NCBI GenBank assembly: GCA_965263295.1 | Contig: OZ253665.1 | Coordinates: 1,216,001 to 1,280,000, forward strand | Source: Spirochaetia bacterium | GTDB taxonomy: Bacteria > Spirochaetota > Spirochaetia > SP-2023 | DNA: 64,000 bases | Direction of reading: 5' to 3' | Part shown: positions 1 through 9,226 of the stretch, in pieces | Layout: each line of letters begins with the position of its first letter | Numbering within the stretch: position 1 is the stretch's first letter | Notes under the pieces: model-generated | What the model was told of the DNA's origin: nothing | Seen by the model: the letters and a program-made list of their open reading frames with translations, nothing else | Database searches by the model: none | Program-made: the position numbers and the translations under genes

Positions 1-1351
1 CCGCGACCTGGAGTTCCGCATACAAATCTTTGTCGACGACTGCACGGGCTGCGGAGTTTGTATCGACGTCTGCCCGGCCAAGACCAAGGCCCTGGAATAT
101 TCCCCCACCGCAACCGAGATCCAGGCCGGAGAAGTCACCAACTATCAGTTCTTTGACAAACTGCCCGAAGACGTCCTCGACGGCACCAAGTTGAGCACGC
201 CCAAAGGCATCAGCTTCAGAAAACCATACTTTGAGTTCCACAGTGCCTGTGCCGGCTGCGGAGAGACACCGTACTACAACCTGGTAACCAAGCTTTACGG
301 CGCGCGCATGCTCGTCGCCAACGCCACGGGCTGTTCTTCCATCTACGCCGGCACTTACCCGACGACGCCCTTTGTCAAAGACGCCAAAGGCCGGGGCGTG
401 GCCTGGGGAAATTCACTGTTTGAAGACAACGCCGAATACGCCCTGGGCATGCGCCTGGCTGTAGACCGCAAGCGCGAACAGTTGCGCCGCTGTGGTCAGG
501 AACTGCTACAAAAGAATCAAGTCACGGCTCAAAGCGGACTCGCCCCGCGGCTACAAGAGGCTTTGGACTGCTTTGAAGATTGCAGCGAAGAGGCCTATGA
601 GCGCCAGGTAGAAATCGGGCGGGAGCTGGATAAACTGCTCCAAAACAATCAGCTGACGGAACTAGAGCCGCAGCTGCGGGAACTGCAAAGCCTGAGCGAC
701 TACTTTGTCGACAAAAGTGTCTGGGCCATTGGCGGCGACGGCTGGGCCTATGACATCGGCTTTGGCGGCCTCGACCACGTGCTGTCGCTGCCCCACAATG
801 TCAACGTCTTGGTCCTGGATACCGAAGTCTACTCCAACACGGGCGGCCAGTCGTCCAAGGCCACGCCAATAGCTGCACTGGCCAAGTTTTCCCAACGCGG
901 CAAACGCAACGCCAAGAAAAATCTGGCGATGATGATGCTGCAGTATGCCCATGTATATGTGGCCACGGTCTCAATGGGCGCCAACCGCGCACAGGTCATA
1001 CGCGCCTTCATGGAAGCCGAAGAGCATCCCGGCCCCTCGCTGATACTGGCCTATTCACCTTGTATCGCCCACGGTATCGACATGATGAAGATGCAACGAC
1101 ACGAGAAGCTGGCCGCCGAGACGGGATATTTCCCGCTGTTTCGCTACAACCCGCTAAACCCCAAAGGCGAACGCCTGAGTATCGACAGCCGCCAGTCTAA
1201 GAAAGAAGTCTCCGAATTTTTGAAGAGCGAACGGCGCTACGCCAACCTGTTTAACAGTATGCCAGAATTGGCCGAAGAACTTTTCGAGCAAGAGCAGCAA
1301 CAGGTAAAAGACAACCTGGCCCAGCTAGAACACTGGCAGAAAATACTCTGA
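1..1351 (+). CDS. nifJ: Pyruvate:ferredoxin (flavodoxin) oxidoreductase, 5'-truncated by window edge
   Basis: Frame is open from position 2 (RDLEFRIQIFVDDCTGCGVCIDVCP, 4Fe-4S motif) into ORF 191..1351. Motifs ACAGCGETPY, ANATGCSSIY, WGNSLFEDNAE and the TPP-binding GGDGWAYDIG...DTEVYSNTGGQ. Confidence 0.95.
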   Translation, partial: RDLEFRIQIFVDDCTGCGVCIDVCPAKTKALEYSPTATEIQAGEVTNYQFFDKLPEDVLDGTKLSTPKGISFRKPYFEFHSACAGCGETPYYNLVTKLYGARMLVANATGCSSIYAGTYPTTPFVKDAKGRGVAWGNSLFEDNAEYALGMRLAVDRKREQLRRCGQELLQKNQVTAQSGLAPRLQEALDCFEDCSEEAYERQVEIGRELDKLLQNNQLTELEPQLRELQSLSDYFVDKSVWAIGGDGWAYDIGFGGLDHVLSLPHNVNVLVLDTEVYSNTGGQSSKATPIAALAKFSQRGKRNAKKNLAMMMLQYAHVYVATVSMGANRAQVIRAFMEAEEHPGPSLILAYSPCIAHGIDMMKMQRHEKLAAETGYFPLFRYNPLNPKGERLSIDSRQSKKEVSEFLKSERRYANLFNSMPELAEELFEQEQQQVKDNLAQLEHWQKIL

Positions 1352-1378
1352 CGGGAGAAATAAGCGGCTGGAGGAACA

Positions 1379-1450
1379 AGCGGCTGATGGGAGTCGAACC
1401 CACGTCACAAGCTTGGGAAGCTTGGGTAATGGCCGTTATACGACAGCCGC
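1379..1450 (-). tRNA. tRNA-Gly (CCC)
   Basis: Reverse complement GCGGCTG...CAGCCGC-T acceptor stem; anticodon arm CAAGC-TTCCCAA-GCTTG; T-arm GTGGG-TTCGACT-CCCAT. CCA not encoded. Confidence 0.96.
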
Positions 1451-1460
1451 ACAGAATGCA

Positions 1461-1489
1461 ATTATAGCTAAAAGCGTAAACTTGGGCAA
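1461..1489 (-). promoter_or_regulatory. Sigma70-type promoter of tRNA-Gly
   Basis: Minus strand TTGCCC-17 bp-TATAAT, ending 10 nt before the tRNA 5' end. Confidence 0.7.
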
Positions 1490-1522
1490 GCGTTTGCACA
1501 CTTCCAATCCAGACTGCCCAAT

Positions 1523-1548
1523 TTAATTGGCAATTAATTGGCAATTAA
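1523..1548. repeat. 11-bp tandem repeat (TTAATTGGCAA x2.4), quasi-palindromic
   Basis: Read directly from the sequence; lies between the divergent tRNA-Gly and prfB promoters. Confidence 0.8.
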
Positions 1549-1640
1549 ATGCCAATTGGTACAATATTGCTTTTAGCGCCGCTGTGAGTTTAATTACAAG
1601 CAGGCACGGCTTTGCTGCCATCTTGAAATTTCGCAAGTCC

Positions 1641-1690
1641 CATTGATTCGCATTGATTCGCATTGATTCTCAATGATTTCCATTGATTCC
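1641..1690 (+). repeat. 10-bp tandem repeat x5 (consensus CATTGATTCN)
   Basis: cattgattcg cattgattcg cattgattct caatgatttc cattgattcc. Confidence 0.92.
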
Positions 1691-1711
1691 AGCCGCCGAT
1701 ATTCATACAAT
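1683..1711 (+). promoter_or_regulatory. Putative prfB promoter (leaderless)
   Basis: TTGATT(1683-88)-17 bp-TACAAT(1706-11), then 7 nt to ATG 1719; no SD. Confidence 0.65.
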
Positions 1712-1718
1712 TGCGCCC

Positions 1719-2832
1719 ATGTTAAGTGAATGGAAGATTCCGATCAAAAAACTCGCCACTGAGATATCCGATACCTGGAGGCGACTTTGACCCGCCCAAG
1801 ATTGCGCGGGAAATAGCTGAACTGGAAAAAACGAGCAACGACCCCAATTTTTGGAAGCAACCAAGCCAGGCCGAAGCCATTTTTGGCAAGCTGAAAAGCC
1901 TGCGTGAACGCTATCAAAACTGGAAAGAGCTCATCGCCCGGACCGAAGACCTGGACACGCTGTTGGACATGGCCATTGAGGAAGAAGACGAATCCCAAGA
2001 AGACGAAATCAAGGCCATTTTCGAGCGACTGCAGCAGCACTACAGCTCCCTGGCCAATATTGTACTCATGGGCGAAGAGGGCGATGCGCTCTGCGCCTTT
2101 TTAACCATACACTCCGGCGCGGGGGGGACCGAAGCCTGCGATTGGGCGTCCATGCTGTATCGAATGTATAACCGCTGGGTCGAACAAAACGGTTTCAAGT
2201 TGAGCCTGATCGACTATCAAGCGGCCGAAGGCGGAATTAAATCCGTCACAGTGCAGATTGATGGCGAATACGTCAGCGGCTTGCTCAAAGGTGAAAACGG
2301 CATCCACCGCCTGGTACGCATCTCGCCGTTTGACTCCAACGCCCGCCGCCACACTTCTTTTGCCTCCGTTTACGTTTCTCCCGTGCTGGATGACACCATC
2401 AATGTCGATATCCTGCCCGAAGATATTCGCGTGGATACTTATCGCGCCGGCGGCGCCGGCGGCCAACATGTCAACAAGACCGACAGCGCTGTGCGCATCA
2501 CCCACCTGTCGAGCGGAGTTGTCGTCCAATGCCAAAACGAGCGCAGCCAGCATAAAAACAAGGATATGGCCATGAAAATGCTGCGCTCGCGCATTTACGA
2601 ATTCTATCGCCTGCGGCAGGAAGAAGAACGCCAGAAAAATGCTGTCGAAAAAAAAGAAATTGGTTGGGGCTCCCAGATCCGAAGTTATGTATTCCAGCCG
2701 TATACGATGGTCAAAGATTTGCGAACCCGTTATGAGACGGGCAACATCCAGGCCGTCATGGACGGAGCTCTCGACCCATTTATTCAATCATATCTGCGCT
2801 GGGCTGCGGAGCAATTCCACGCAAACACATGA
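1719..2832 (+). CDS. prfB: Peptide chain release factor 2 with programmed +1 frameshift
   Basis: ATG1719 MLSEWKIPIKKLATEISDTWRRL then CTT-TGA-C (1785-1791) preceded by GGAGG (1777-81). The +1 frame has the SPF and GGQ motifs and GSQIRSYV. Confidence 0.97.
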
Positions 2833-4442
2833 AATTCTGCGGCTCAAACCGGAGGCAGGGGCGGCGACAGATCTTACGGCTAATTGCCCTGCTTTTCATG
2901 GCAGCCTCTGTTCCCCTGAATGCCCAGGGCAGTGAGCGACAAGTACCCGTCATTAATATCGACAAGAGCAGCTGGAGAGTCTTGTTTCAAGGTTTCGTCA
3001 GCCAGCCGGGCAGCCAACCGGTCACCAGTTCCATTGAAAAAATTACGGGCACAGTAGCTAAGTCCCTGCAGAATTTGGACGAACACGTCCTGGATGACAA
3101 CGAAAAAAGCAACCTGCGCGAAGAAGCCATTCGGCAAGAACTCTTCAAGCACTACCAGACCTACAACGACCTGGTAGACACACGGGACCGCGAGGCCATG
3201 ACAAATACAGCCCAAAGCCATTCCCAACTTGCCCAAATAAGCTCCCAAATGGAGAACAACAAAAAAATTAATTCAGAGTTTCAGATAATTCAACAAATTA
3301 AAAATATGAAACGCAGATTAATTTCGGTTCCAGACTCCCTGCCCCTAGAATTTGAAGATCGCAGCACAGAGCCATATGAACAAGCGAGTATGGTCTTGCT
3401 CCGTGAACCACACGATATTTTCATCTGGGGGGTATCGAGTGGCCGCAACAATATTTTTCAAGTCGAAATGCGCGCGTATATCGCGAATGCCAAGCGTGAA
3501 GTTTCACTGTGGAAAGGTATTGTCGGCACGAACAACTACGACGAAGCCCTAGAAATGATTATCGCCCGAGTTTCTTCGCTACTATTGGGCCGCCCATGGG
3601 CGGCCATGGAAATTAATGCCGAAACAGCCAACGATTCCAATGCAAAAATTTATTTAGACGGCAAACTACAGGGCGAAAACAAACTCAAGCGCTACGGGCT
3701 CCACCCCCAAAAACTTTACGAACTTGAAATAATGGCCACGGGCCTACAGGGCAAACACGTTTTCGTGAAACTTGACGCCGGCAAACTGAACAGCTTTGAT
3801 TTTGAGCTCGATATCGCAGCCCCCGAAAAGTTTATCCAAGTCGCTTCTTCAAGCCCCGCCGATGTCTACCTGGGCGTCCGTTTCCTCGGCCCCACGCCGC
3901 GAAAAATCCAGGTCCCCGCCTACGACACTTTGCTGGTATTAGTCGCCGAAGGCAAGCGCACCCTGAATTACGACCTCAGCCCCGAACAAGAGAAAGATCT
4001 GTACTTTGATATGGAGCCCGCCCCACAGATCACTCTGCAGGAAGAAAACGACAAGTGGCGGAACCGCTTTTACTGGTCCAGCGCTTTGTTTATGCTTTCT
4101 CTAGCCGTTCCCGTCATCGCCAGCGGCATAGGCTTTGTCAACCAAGGGCTCTACGTCAACAACCAAAATAATGAAGACGCCCCGCGCTACCAGAAAAATA
4201 TGAATATTGGCTTTGGCGTGGCCATTGGCGGCGGCCTCCTGAGCGCGGCCCTGCTCGGCTTGAATATCTATGATTTCACGCGCTACACCAAGACGACCCG
4301 GGCTCTGGCAAGCACCGAATTTGAGCCCCGCAAAGTCCTTCCCGCCGAGGCCGAAACCAAAGTCGCAGCCGGCCCAGATGCAAGCGCAGGCCCTGAGGAT
4401 AATGAGCCCGAATCTAGCGTGACGGCCCAGACTCAACCCTAA
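2829..4442 (+). CDS. Secreted/membrane protein with PEGA-like domains and two C-terminal TM helices
   Basis: Signal-peptide-like N-terminus; AKIYLDGKLQG and PADVYLGVRFLGPTP PEGA-like strands; ATGA overlap with prfB. Confidence 0.65.
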   Translation: MKFCGSNRRQGRRQILRLIALLFMAASVPLNAQGSERQVPVINIDKSSWRVLFQGFVSQPGSQPVTSSIEKITGTVAKSLQNLDEHVLDDNEKSNLREEAIRQELFKHYQTYNDLVDTRDREAMTNTAQSHSQLAQISSQMENNKKINSEFQIIQQIKNMKRRLISVPDSLPLEFEDRSTEPYEQASMVLLREPHDIFIWGVSSGRNNIFQVEMRAYIANAKREVSLWKGIVGTNNYDEALEMIIARVSSLLLGRPWAAMEINAETANDSNAKIYLDGKLQGENKLKRYGLHPQKLYELEIMATGLQGKHVFVKLDAGKLNSFDFELDIAAPEKFIQVASSSPADVYLGVRFLGPTPRKIQVPAYDTLLVLVAEGKRTLNYDLSPEQEKDLYFDMEPAPQITLQEENDKWRNRFYWSSALFMLSLAVPVIASGIGFVNQGLYVNNQNNEDAPRYQKNMNIGFGVAIGGGLLSAALLGLNIYDFTRYTKTTRALASTEFEPRKVLPAEAETKVAAGPDASAGPEDNEPESSVTAQTQP

Positions 4443-4449
4443 TTGTGCA

Positions 4450-4770
4450 AATGTCTTGCCTAGCAAAGCATAACCTATATTCTTGCAATTATTTGTATAA
4501 CAAAGAAAAATCGCGACTCAAAAAGTTCGAAACTTTCGGAAGCCCAAATACGGACTACCGTGAAGTGCTTCCTGACCGGATCTAACGATGATACAAACGA
4601 CCCCAATATGTTCTGCAGAGCGCACACTGTGGACCGGATATACCGCGGTCTGCGTAAACGGATAATTTGATCTGTGAAGCGCAACGTCCACTCTTTGATA
4701 TCGTTGTGCTGATTAGAGCTTCTCCGGGCAAAACATTCATCCAGGTAATAGGATCGTGGCAGAAAATCGG
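4450..4770 (+). mobile_element. IS1595-family (IS1016 group) left end and degenerate 5' half of transposase
   Basis: Hand translation across frameshifts: KNRDSKSSKLSEAQIRTTVKCF...HTVDRIYRGLRKRII / ICEAQRPLFDIV / AD*SFSG...DRG. This follows the IS1016-group pattern SKLSEA.FR..V.CF...TVNRIY..LR.RI..CE...P..G.VEVDES.FG...RGRG. Confidence 0.75.
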
Positions 4771-4800
4771 CGTGGCAAGCCCTTTATTGCTTAATTAAAA

Positions 4801-5715
4801 ATGAAATTAAGGATTAATAAATTGAGTGTACAAAAAGTAGCATCCATGCATTTTGTCGATTTAGGTTTGTTGGCTGTTGCCATCTCGTGGGGAGCCAGCT
4901 ATTCAATGATGCAATTGATCGTGGAAGATGGGATTCCCATTCCCGTTTTTCTGATGCTGCGTTTCGCTTCGGCAATCCCCTTCCTGATGTTATTCTTTAA
5001 TCTTAAAAAGCACAGGGTTAGCTTGGCGGAACTTGGCGTTGGAATCTTCTTTGGGGGGTTACTGTATGTGATTCTATTTTTGGAGACATTAGGCGTTTCA
5101 CATACGACCCCGTCGAATGCCGGTTTTTTAATCGCCATGTCGGTAATTTTAGTTCCCTTCATTGACCGCCTTGTCAGTCGTGAAAGACAAGGCTACAAAA
5201 TCTATTTTGCCGCATTGTTTGCGGTTATAGGCTGTTTTATGGTGGTTATGAAGGATGGTTTGGCACCCAGAGTGAATAGCGGTGACCTGATTATCCTAGC
5301 GGCTGCGACCATTCGGGCTTTGCAGATAGTCTCATTCACGCGTATGACAGTAGACCGAAATTATTCTATCGTTTGGATTACTCTGGTGCAAATGCTCACT
5401 GTCACGGCGTTGGCTTGCGTAAGTGTTTTGATCCGTAATGCGAAAGAGCTATTCTTGATTTTCGAGATTAGCACACAGTCTTGGGCAATGATTTTATTCC
5501 TCGGATTTTTTGCAACGTTTTTTGCATTTTATTTTCAGCTTTTTGCCGCCAATAAAGTGAAGCCGGCAAGAATCGCCCTCATCCTTTCTTTGGAACCAGT
5601 ATTTGCAATGATCATGGCTTATTTTATCGTCGGTGATCGCTTAATGTGGATACAGATAATCGGAGGAATCATTATTGTGATGGCCACTCTGTTGGGGCGA
5701 AACGCAACGGACTGA
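4801..5715 (+). CDS. EamA/DMT family transporter
   Basis: About 10 TM helices; ISWGASY, TTPSNAGFL, GDLIILAA and LILSLEPVFA motifs. Confidence 0.9.
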   Translation: MKLRINKLSVQKVASMHFVDLGLLAVAISWGASYSMMQLIVEDGIPIPVFLMLRFASAIPFLMLFFNLKKHRVSLAELGVGIFFGGLLYVILFLETLGVSHTTPSNAGFLIAMSVILVPFIDRLVSRERQGYKIYFAALFAVIGCFMVVMKDGLAPRVNSGDLIILAAATIRALQIVSFTRMTVDRNYSIVWITLVQMLTVTALACVSVLIRNAKELFLIFEISTQSWAMILFLGFFATFFAFYFQLFAANKVKPARIALILSLEPVFAMIMAYFIVGDRLMWIQIIGGIIIVMATLLGRNATD

Positions 5716-5911
5716 GAAATCTGCAGAGCTTCATGCATATGGTATTTGATCCAATTACTTTACCAGAAAGGCCTTTTTTCGACCTTGAACGACAGGATTT
5801 ATTTTAGCGGGCATAACCTTGGTATATATTTAGCTCGGAATTCGGCAGTAGGATAATGTGGGTAAAGAAAGTTTCATCTGAACTACCTGAAAATATTGCC
5901 TTGTAATCGGT

Positions 5912-6577
5912 ATGGTGCAAAATACTTCTAACGCTCAATCCCATTACTCTCTTGTTTCGGGGATGGCAGGGCGAGCGAATTTATATATAGTGAGAGTTCC
6001 CCAAAAGATAGAAAAACATGTAACGATACGAAGTAAGGGGCATTTAGCAAGAATTACAGCTGAAAAAACTCATAAACTGGCAACAAATGCTCTTACGCTT
6101 TGGGATATTGATTGGACACTTCCCCCTGCCTACGGGAACCCTCCGGTTTGGCCGCCCGATCTCATTGGTTCGATATCGCACTCTTTACGGTATGGCGGAG
6201 TGATCTTGCTGCGAGCCAACGCCAATATAGGCATTGGGATTGATATCGAAGAGGTCGACGAGTCCGCGGCTTTCGTTAAGGAGGTCTTCATGAATTCTAC
6301 TTTGAAAGATAAAGGTGATCCAAAGGATCAGTGGGTACTGAATTATTGTTTGGGAGAAGCTTGCTTCAAGGCGTCAACTTCTATCTTTCACGAAGTTTTG
6401 CCTTTCCATCCCGATGTCTGGTGCGTCCCACGCAACACTAAGGAATGCAATAGAGATATGCATATTTTACCGGCAGCGTTAGCTCAGATGCAACCTCAGC
6501 CCCAAATTTATCAGCTGGGATGTATCCATTTAACTCCAGAGAAATCTCGTTTAGCCGTTGCCGTCAATCTTGTCTAG
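5912..6577 (+). CDS. 4'-phosphopantetheinyl transferase (EntD/Sfp-like)
   Basis: PVWPPDLIGSISHS, IGIDIE and EACFKA motifs. Stop codon lies inside an IS-type terminal repeat. Confidence 0.8.
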   Translation: MVQNTSNAQSHYSLVSGMAGRANLYIVRVPQKIEKHVTIRSKGHLARITAEKTHKLATNALTLWDIDWTLPPAYGNPPVWPPDLIGSISHSLRYGGVILLRANANIGIGIDIEEVDESAAFVKEVFMNSTLKDKGDPKDQWVLNYCLGEACFKASTSIFHEVLPFHPDVWCVPRNTKECNRDMHILPAALAQMQPQPQIYQLGCIHLTPEKSRLAVAVNLV

Positions 6578-6581
6578 GCCC
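6566..6581 (+). repeat. IS1016-group terminal inverted repeat copy (AATCTTGTCTAGGCC)
   Basis: 15/15 identical to 29376-29390. Confidence 0.7.
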
Positions 6582-6708
6582 TAGCCGAGCCAAGGGGGTG
6601 CTCCCTGAGTAATTTTAAAATAAAATCTCCAAGTTCTTTCTATATTAGCTAATATTAGTCCGTTTGAATTTATGTATAAATCTGATTTTATAGGAAATTT
6701 TTTGACAA

Positions 6709-8346
6709 ATGCAAAACTTCAGTAAAACGCTGCGACTCACAATTGGTCTGCTGAAAAATACCAAACAGTATTTGAAAGTACAAGCCTTTAATTTGTTTCT
6801 CTTGTTCTTATGTATACTGCTGACTATTTATTTTGGGATCATTACTAAAAATATCATTGACTTAGGTATCAGAGCAGAGAACAAAAATTCCCTCTTATTG
6901 TATACAGGGATGTATCTAATTAGTATTATTCTGGCATTCATTTTTAATATTTTGAAAGATTATATCACTACGTTAATTTCTGAATCGATTATCAAAGACT
7001 ACAGAAAAAATATATTTAAATCCATAAAACGTATTAACTTTAAATATCTAAGTGATTCAAATATCACGGGTAAAATATTGACAGGTGTCATTAACGATGT
7101 CGAATTAATAGGCTCATACTATTCGGCGTTAATTCTGCAAACATTAGTCAATACTGTGTATGTGTTGGCAACAAGCATCATTTTAATATATTGGAATTAT
7201 ATCATATATTTATTTTGTATAATTTTTATACCGATCATTTACTTTTTAACCTACTACTTCGATAAAAAAATTTATGAATTGTCATCCTTGACGAGGGAAA
7301 AACTTGAAAAGCTTCAAGCATTTTCTCAAGAATATATCTTTTCGTTAAAAAATGTTATTTTCTTTAACAATCAAAATGTTATCGATAGAAATAGAGACTA
7401 TTGTATTGATGAAATGGCTGCGCAAAGTATAAAAAATACATTCCTCATAAAATTATCAAGCCAAATAATAAAATACGTATCTCAACTGCCTACCATAGCC
7501 ATCTATCTTTTCGGTGGTTATCTGGTCATAAAAGGTTCTCAAGATTTTACTTTGGGCAAACTTCTCGCAATAATTTTTTATGCTGAAATGTTTTTTTATG
7601 GCATTAATACCATCGGTGCCAATATCGCCAAATCTTCAAAGTCAATCGTATCGTTAGAAAAAACCAATCAAATTCTGGCAATGAATTATCTTAAAGATAT
7701 CCAGGAATTTGAGCATAAGCTATTGAATCAAAGTTCTGTAGATAAAATTGAAATTGGCAACGCTTCGTTAATACTTGATAACAAGGAAATATTTAGTGAC
7801 CTCCATTGTATTTTCAATAAGGGCGATATAAATGTTATTTATGGTGAAAATGGAAGTGGCAAATCATCGTTGCTCTTTGTCATCTTAGGTCTTTACTCTT
7901 TGTCAAATGGCTACTTTAAAATTAATGATATTGTGATTGAATATCCATATACATATGGTTTAAGTGAATTTTTTGCTTGTTCATTCCAAGAAAATCCGTG
8001 TCTGAATTTCCTCAATATAAATGAAACTCTCAGCAAAGCAAAAAAGCATAGTAGATTTAATGAATTTAGAAAAAAATTGTTTTTAGACCTTAAAAAATTA
8101 GAGACTAATTTTATTGGCAATTATTCGGGAGGTGAGAAACAAAAAATTTCTTTATTGAATACTTTATGTTCGGATGCAGAAATCCTGGTGTTTGATGAGC
8201 CGACTAATCATCTCGATAAAGCTAGTATCGCTGGTTTTCTTGAGATCATAGAAGACCTAAAACGGGATAAATTATTGATTATAGTCACACATGAAAGGCA
8301 AGTATTGGCGTTTGCAACGAAGCATTTACAATTAGGTACGGCCTGA
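6709..8346 (+). CDS. ABC exporter, fused permease/ATP-binding (very AT-rich)
   Basis: N-terminal TMD; Walker A GENGSGKS; signature YSGGEKQK; Walker B ILVFDEPT; H-loop IVTH. Confidence 0.92.
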   Translation: MQNFSKTLRLTIGLLKNTKQYLKVQAFNLFLLFLCILLTIYFGIITKNIIDLGIRAENKNSLLLYTGMYLISIILAFIFNILKDYITTLISESIIKDYRKNIFKSIKRINFKYLSDSNITGKILTGVINDVELIGSYYSALILQTLVNTVYVLATSIILIYWNYIIYLFCIIFIPIIYFLTYYFDKKIYELSSLTREKLEKLQAFSQEYIFSLKNVIFFNNQNVIDRNRDYCIDEMAAQSIKNTFLIKLSSQIIKYVSQLPTIAIYLFGGYLVIKGSQDFTLGKLLAIIFYAEMFFYGINTIGANIAKSSKSIVSLEKTNQILAMNYLKDIQEFEHKLLNQSSVDKIEIGNASLILDNKEIFSDLHCIFNKGDINVIYGENGSGKSSLLFVILGLYSLSNGYFKINDIVIEYPYTYGLSEFFACSFQENPCLNFLNINETLSKAKKHSRFNEFRKKLFLDLKKLETNFIGNYSGGEKQKISLLNTLCSDAEILVFDEPTNHLDKASIAGFLEIIEDLKRDKLLIIVTHERQVLAFATKHLQLGTA

Positions 8347-8367
8347 GATTATGAACAAAATTTAATA

Positions 8368-8872
8368 GGGCGCTGTCAGTCATTTGAGGCTTTTTGAACT
8401 CTGCGAGGACAAATATCCTGAGAAAAATATTTCTCTGCTTGACAAAGCGTATTTTTGAGAATAGCCTCTCTTCAAGAATTGAGAAGGCGAGCTTGCGTGA
8501 TGATAGGGCTGCAGGTCAGGGTTGTTGTTACAGAAGGGACAACAGCAGATTGTACTCAAGCCAGCGCCTTGATAGAGGGATTGACGGCGGAGTATTTGTT
8601 GGCTGATAAAGGTTACGATAGCAACGAGATCATTGAGCAAGCGCGGGCACAGGGCATGGAGCCTGTGATTGCGGCGAAGAAAAACCGTATAGCGAAACGC
8701 GAGTATGATAAAGACTTGTATCGATTATGTAATCTCGTCGAGAATGCTTTTTTGCACCTGAAACGTTGGCGAGGTATAGCGACGCGCTATGCCAAAAATA
8801 CGGCATCGTTCCTGGCCGCCATACAAATACGGTGCATTGCACTGTGGGCTGGAATCTCGTGACTACACTATC
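8368..8872 (+). mobile_element. Internally deleted IS5-family (IS427-like) element; transposase C-terminal half only
   Basis: LADKGYDS and YRLCNLVENAFLHLKRWRGIATRYAK (YREK arginine replaced by Cys). Ends GGGCGCTGTCAGTCA...TGACTACACTATC, flanked by TA on both sides. Confidence 0.85.
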
Positions 8873-8990
8873 TAGATTGTTAAAGGCCCTAAGTTTCGTT
8901 ATTCCTTTAAAGATACGGTTTAGAAGCCTTGAGACTAAAGCCAGGTCTTCGATATCTCTCTCAATAAATTGCATCTGGGTTAACGAGGCT

Positions 8991-9220
8991 AACGGCATGC
9001 TTGAGCAGTTCAACGGACGCATTAAGGAGGTTCTTCAAAGCCATCACTTCCTATCCAGGCGCAGCACTTGAAACAACGCTGCAAATATATGTCTGGCTAC
9101 AACCGTCAACTCCCGCAGTCAAGCCTGGATAGCAAGGCGCCCTTGCGGGCCATGGGAAATTGGTATAGACTCAAGCCCGACCTTTTCAAGAAGCAGCCAT
9201 ATTAAAGAAGGAATGTGACA
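8991..9220 (+). mobile_element. IS481-family transposase 3' remnant with right end
   Basis: NGMLEQFNGRIKEVLQSHHF / LETTLQIYVWL / YNRQLPQSSLDSKAPLRAMGNWYRLKPDLFKKQPY across frameshifts; terminates in ...TGTGACA. Confidence 0.8.
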
Positions 9221-9226
9221 AGAATC

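Noticed and set aside
1362..1387. 9-bp duplication AAGCGGCTG of the tRNA-Gly 3' end as an att site
   Set aside because: Only 9 bp, 16 bp apart, with no integrase or island between the copies.
1557..1616. Sigma54-like promoters TGGTACAATATTGC and AGGCACGGCTTTGC
   Set aside because: GG-to-GC spacing is 9 nt rather than the strict 10.
1641..1690. Tandem repeats here and at 50644 as CRISPR arrays
   Set aside because: Units are 10-12 bp, contiguous, without spacers, and there are no cas genes in the window.
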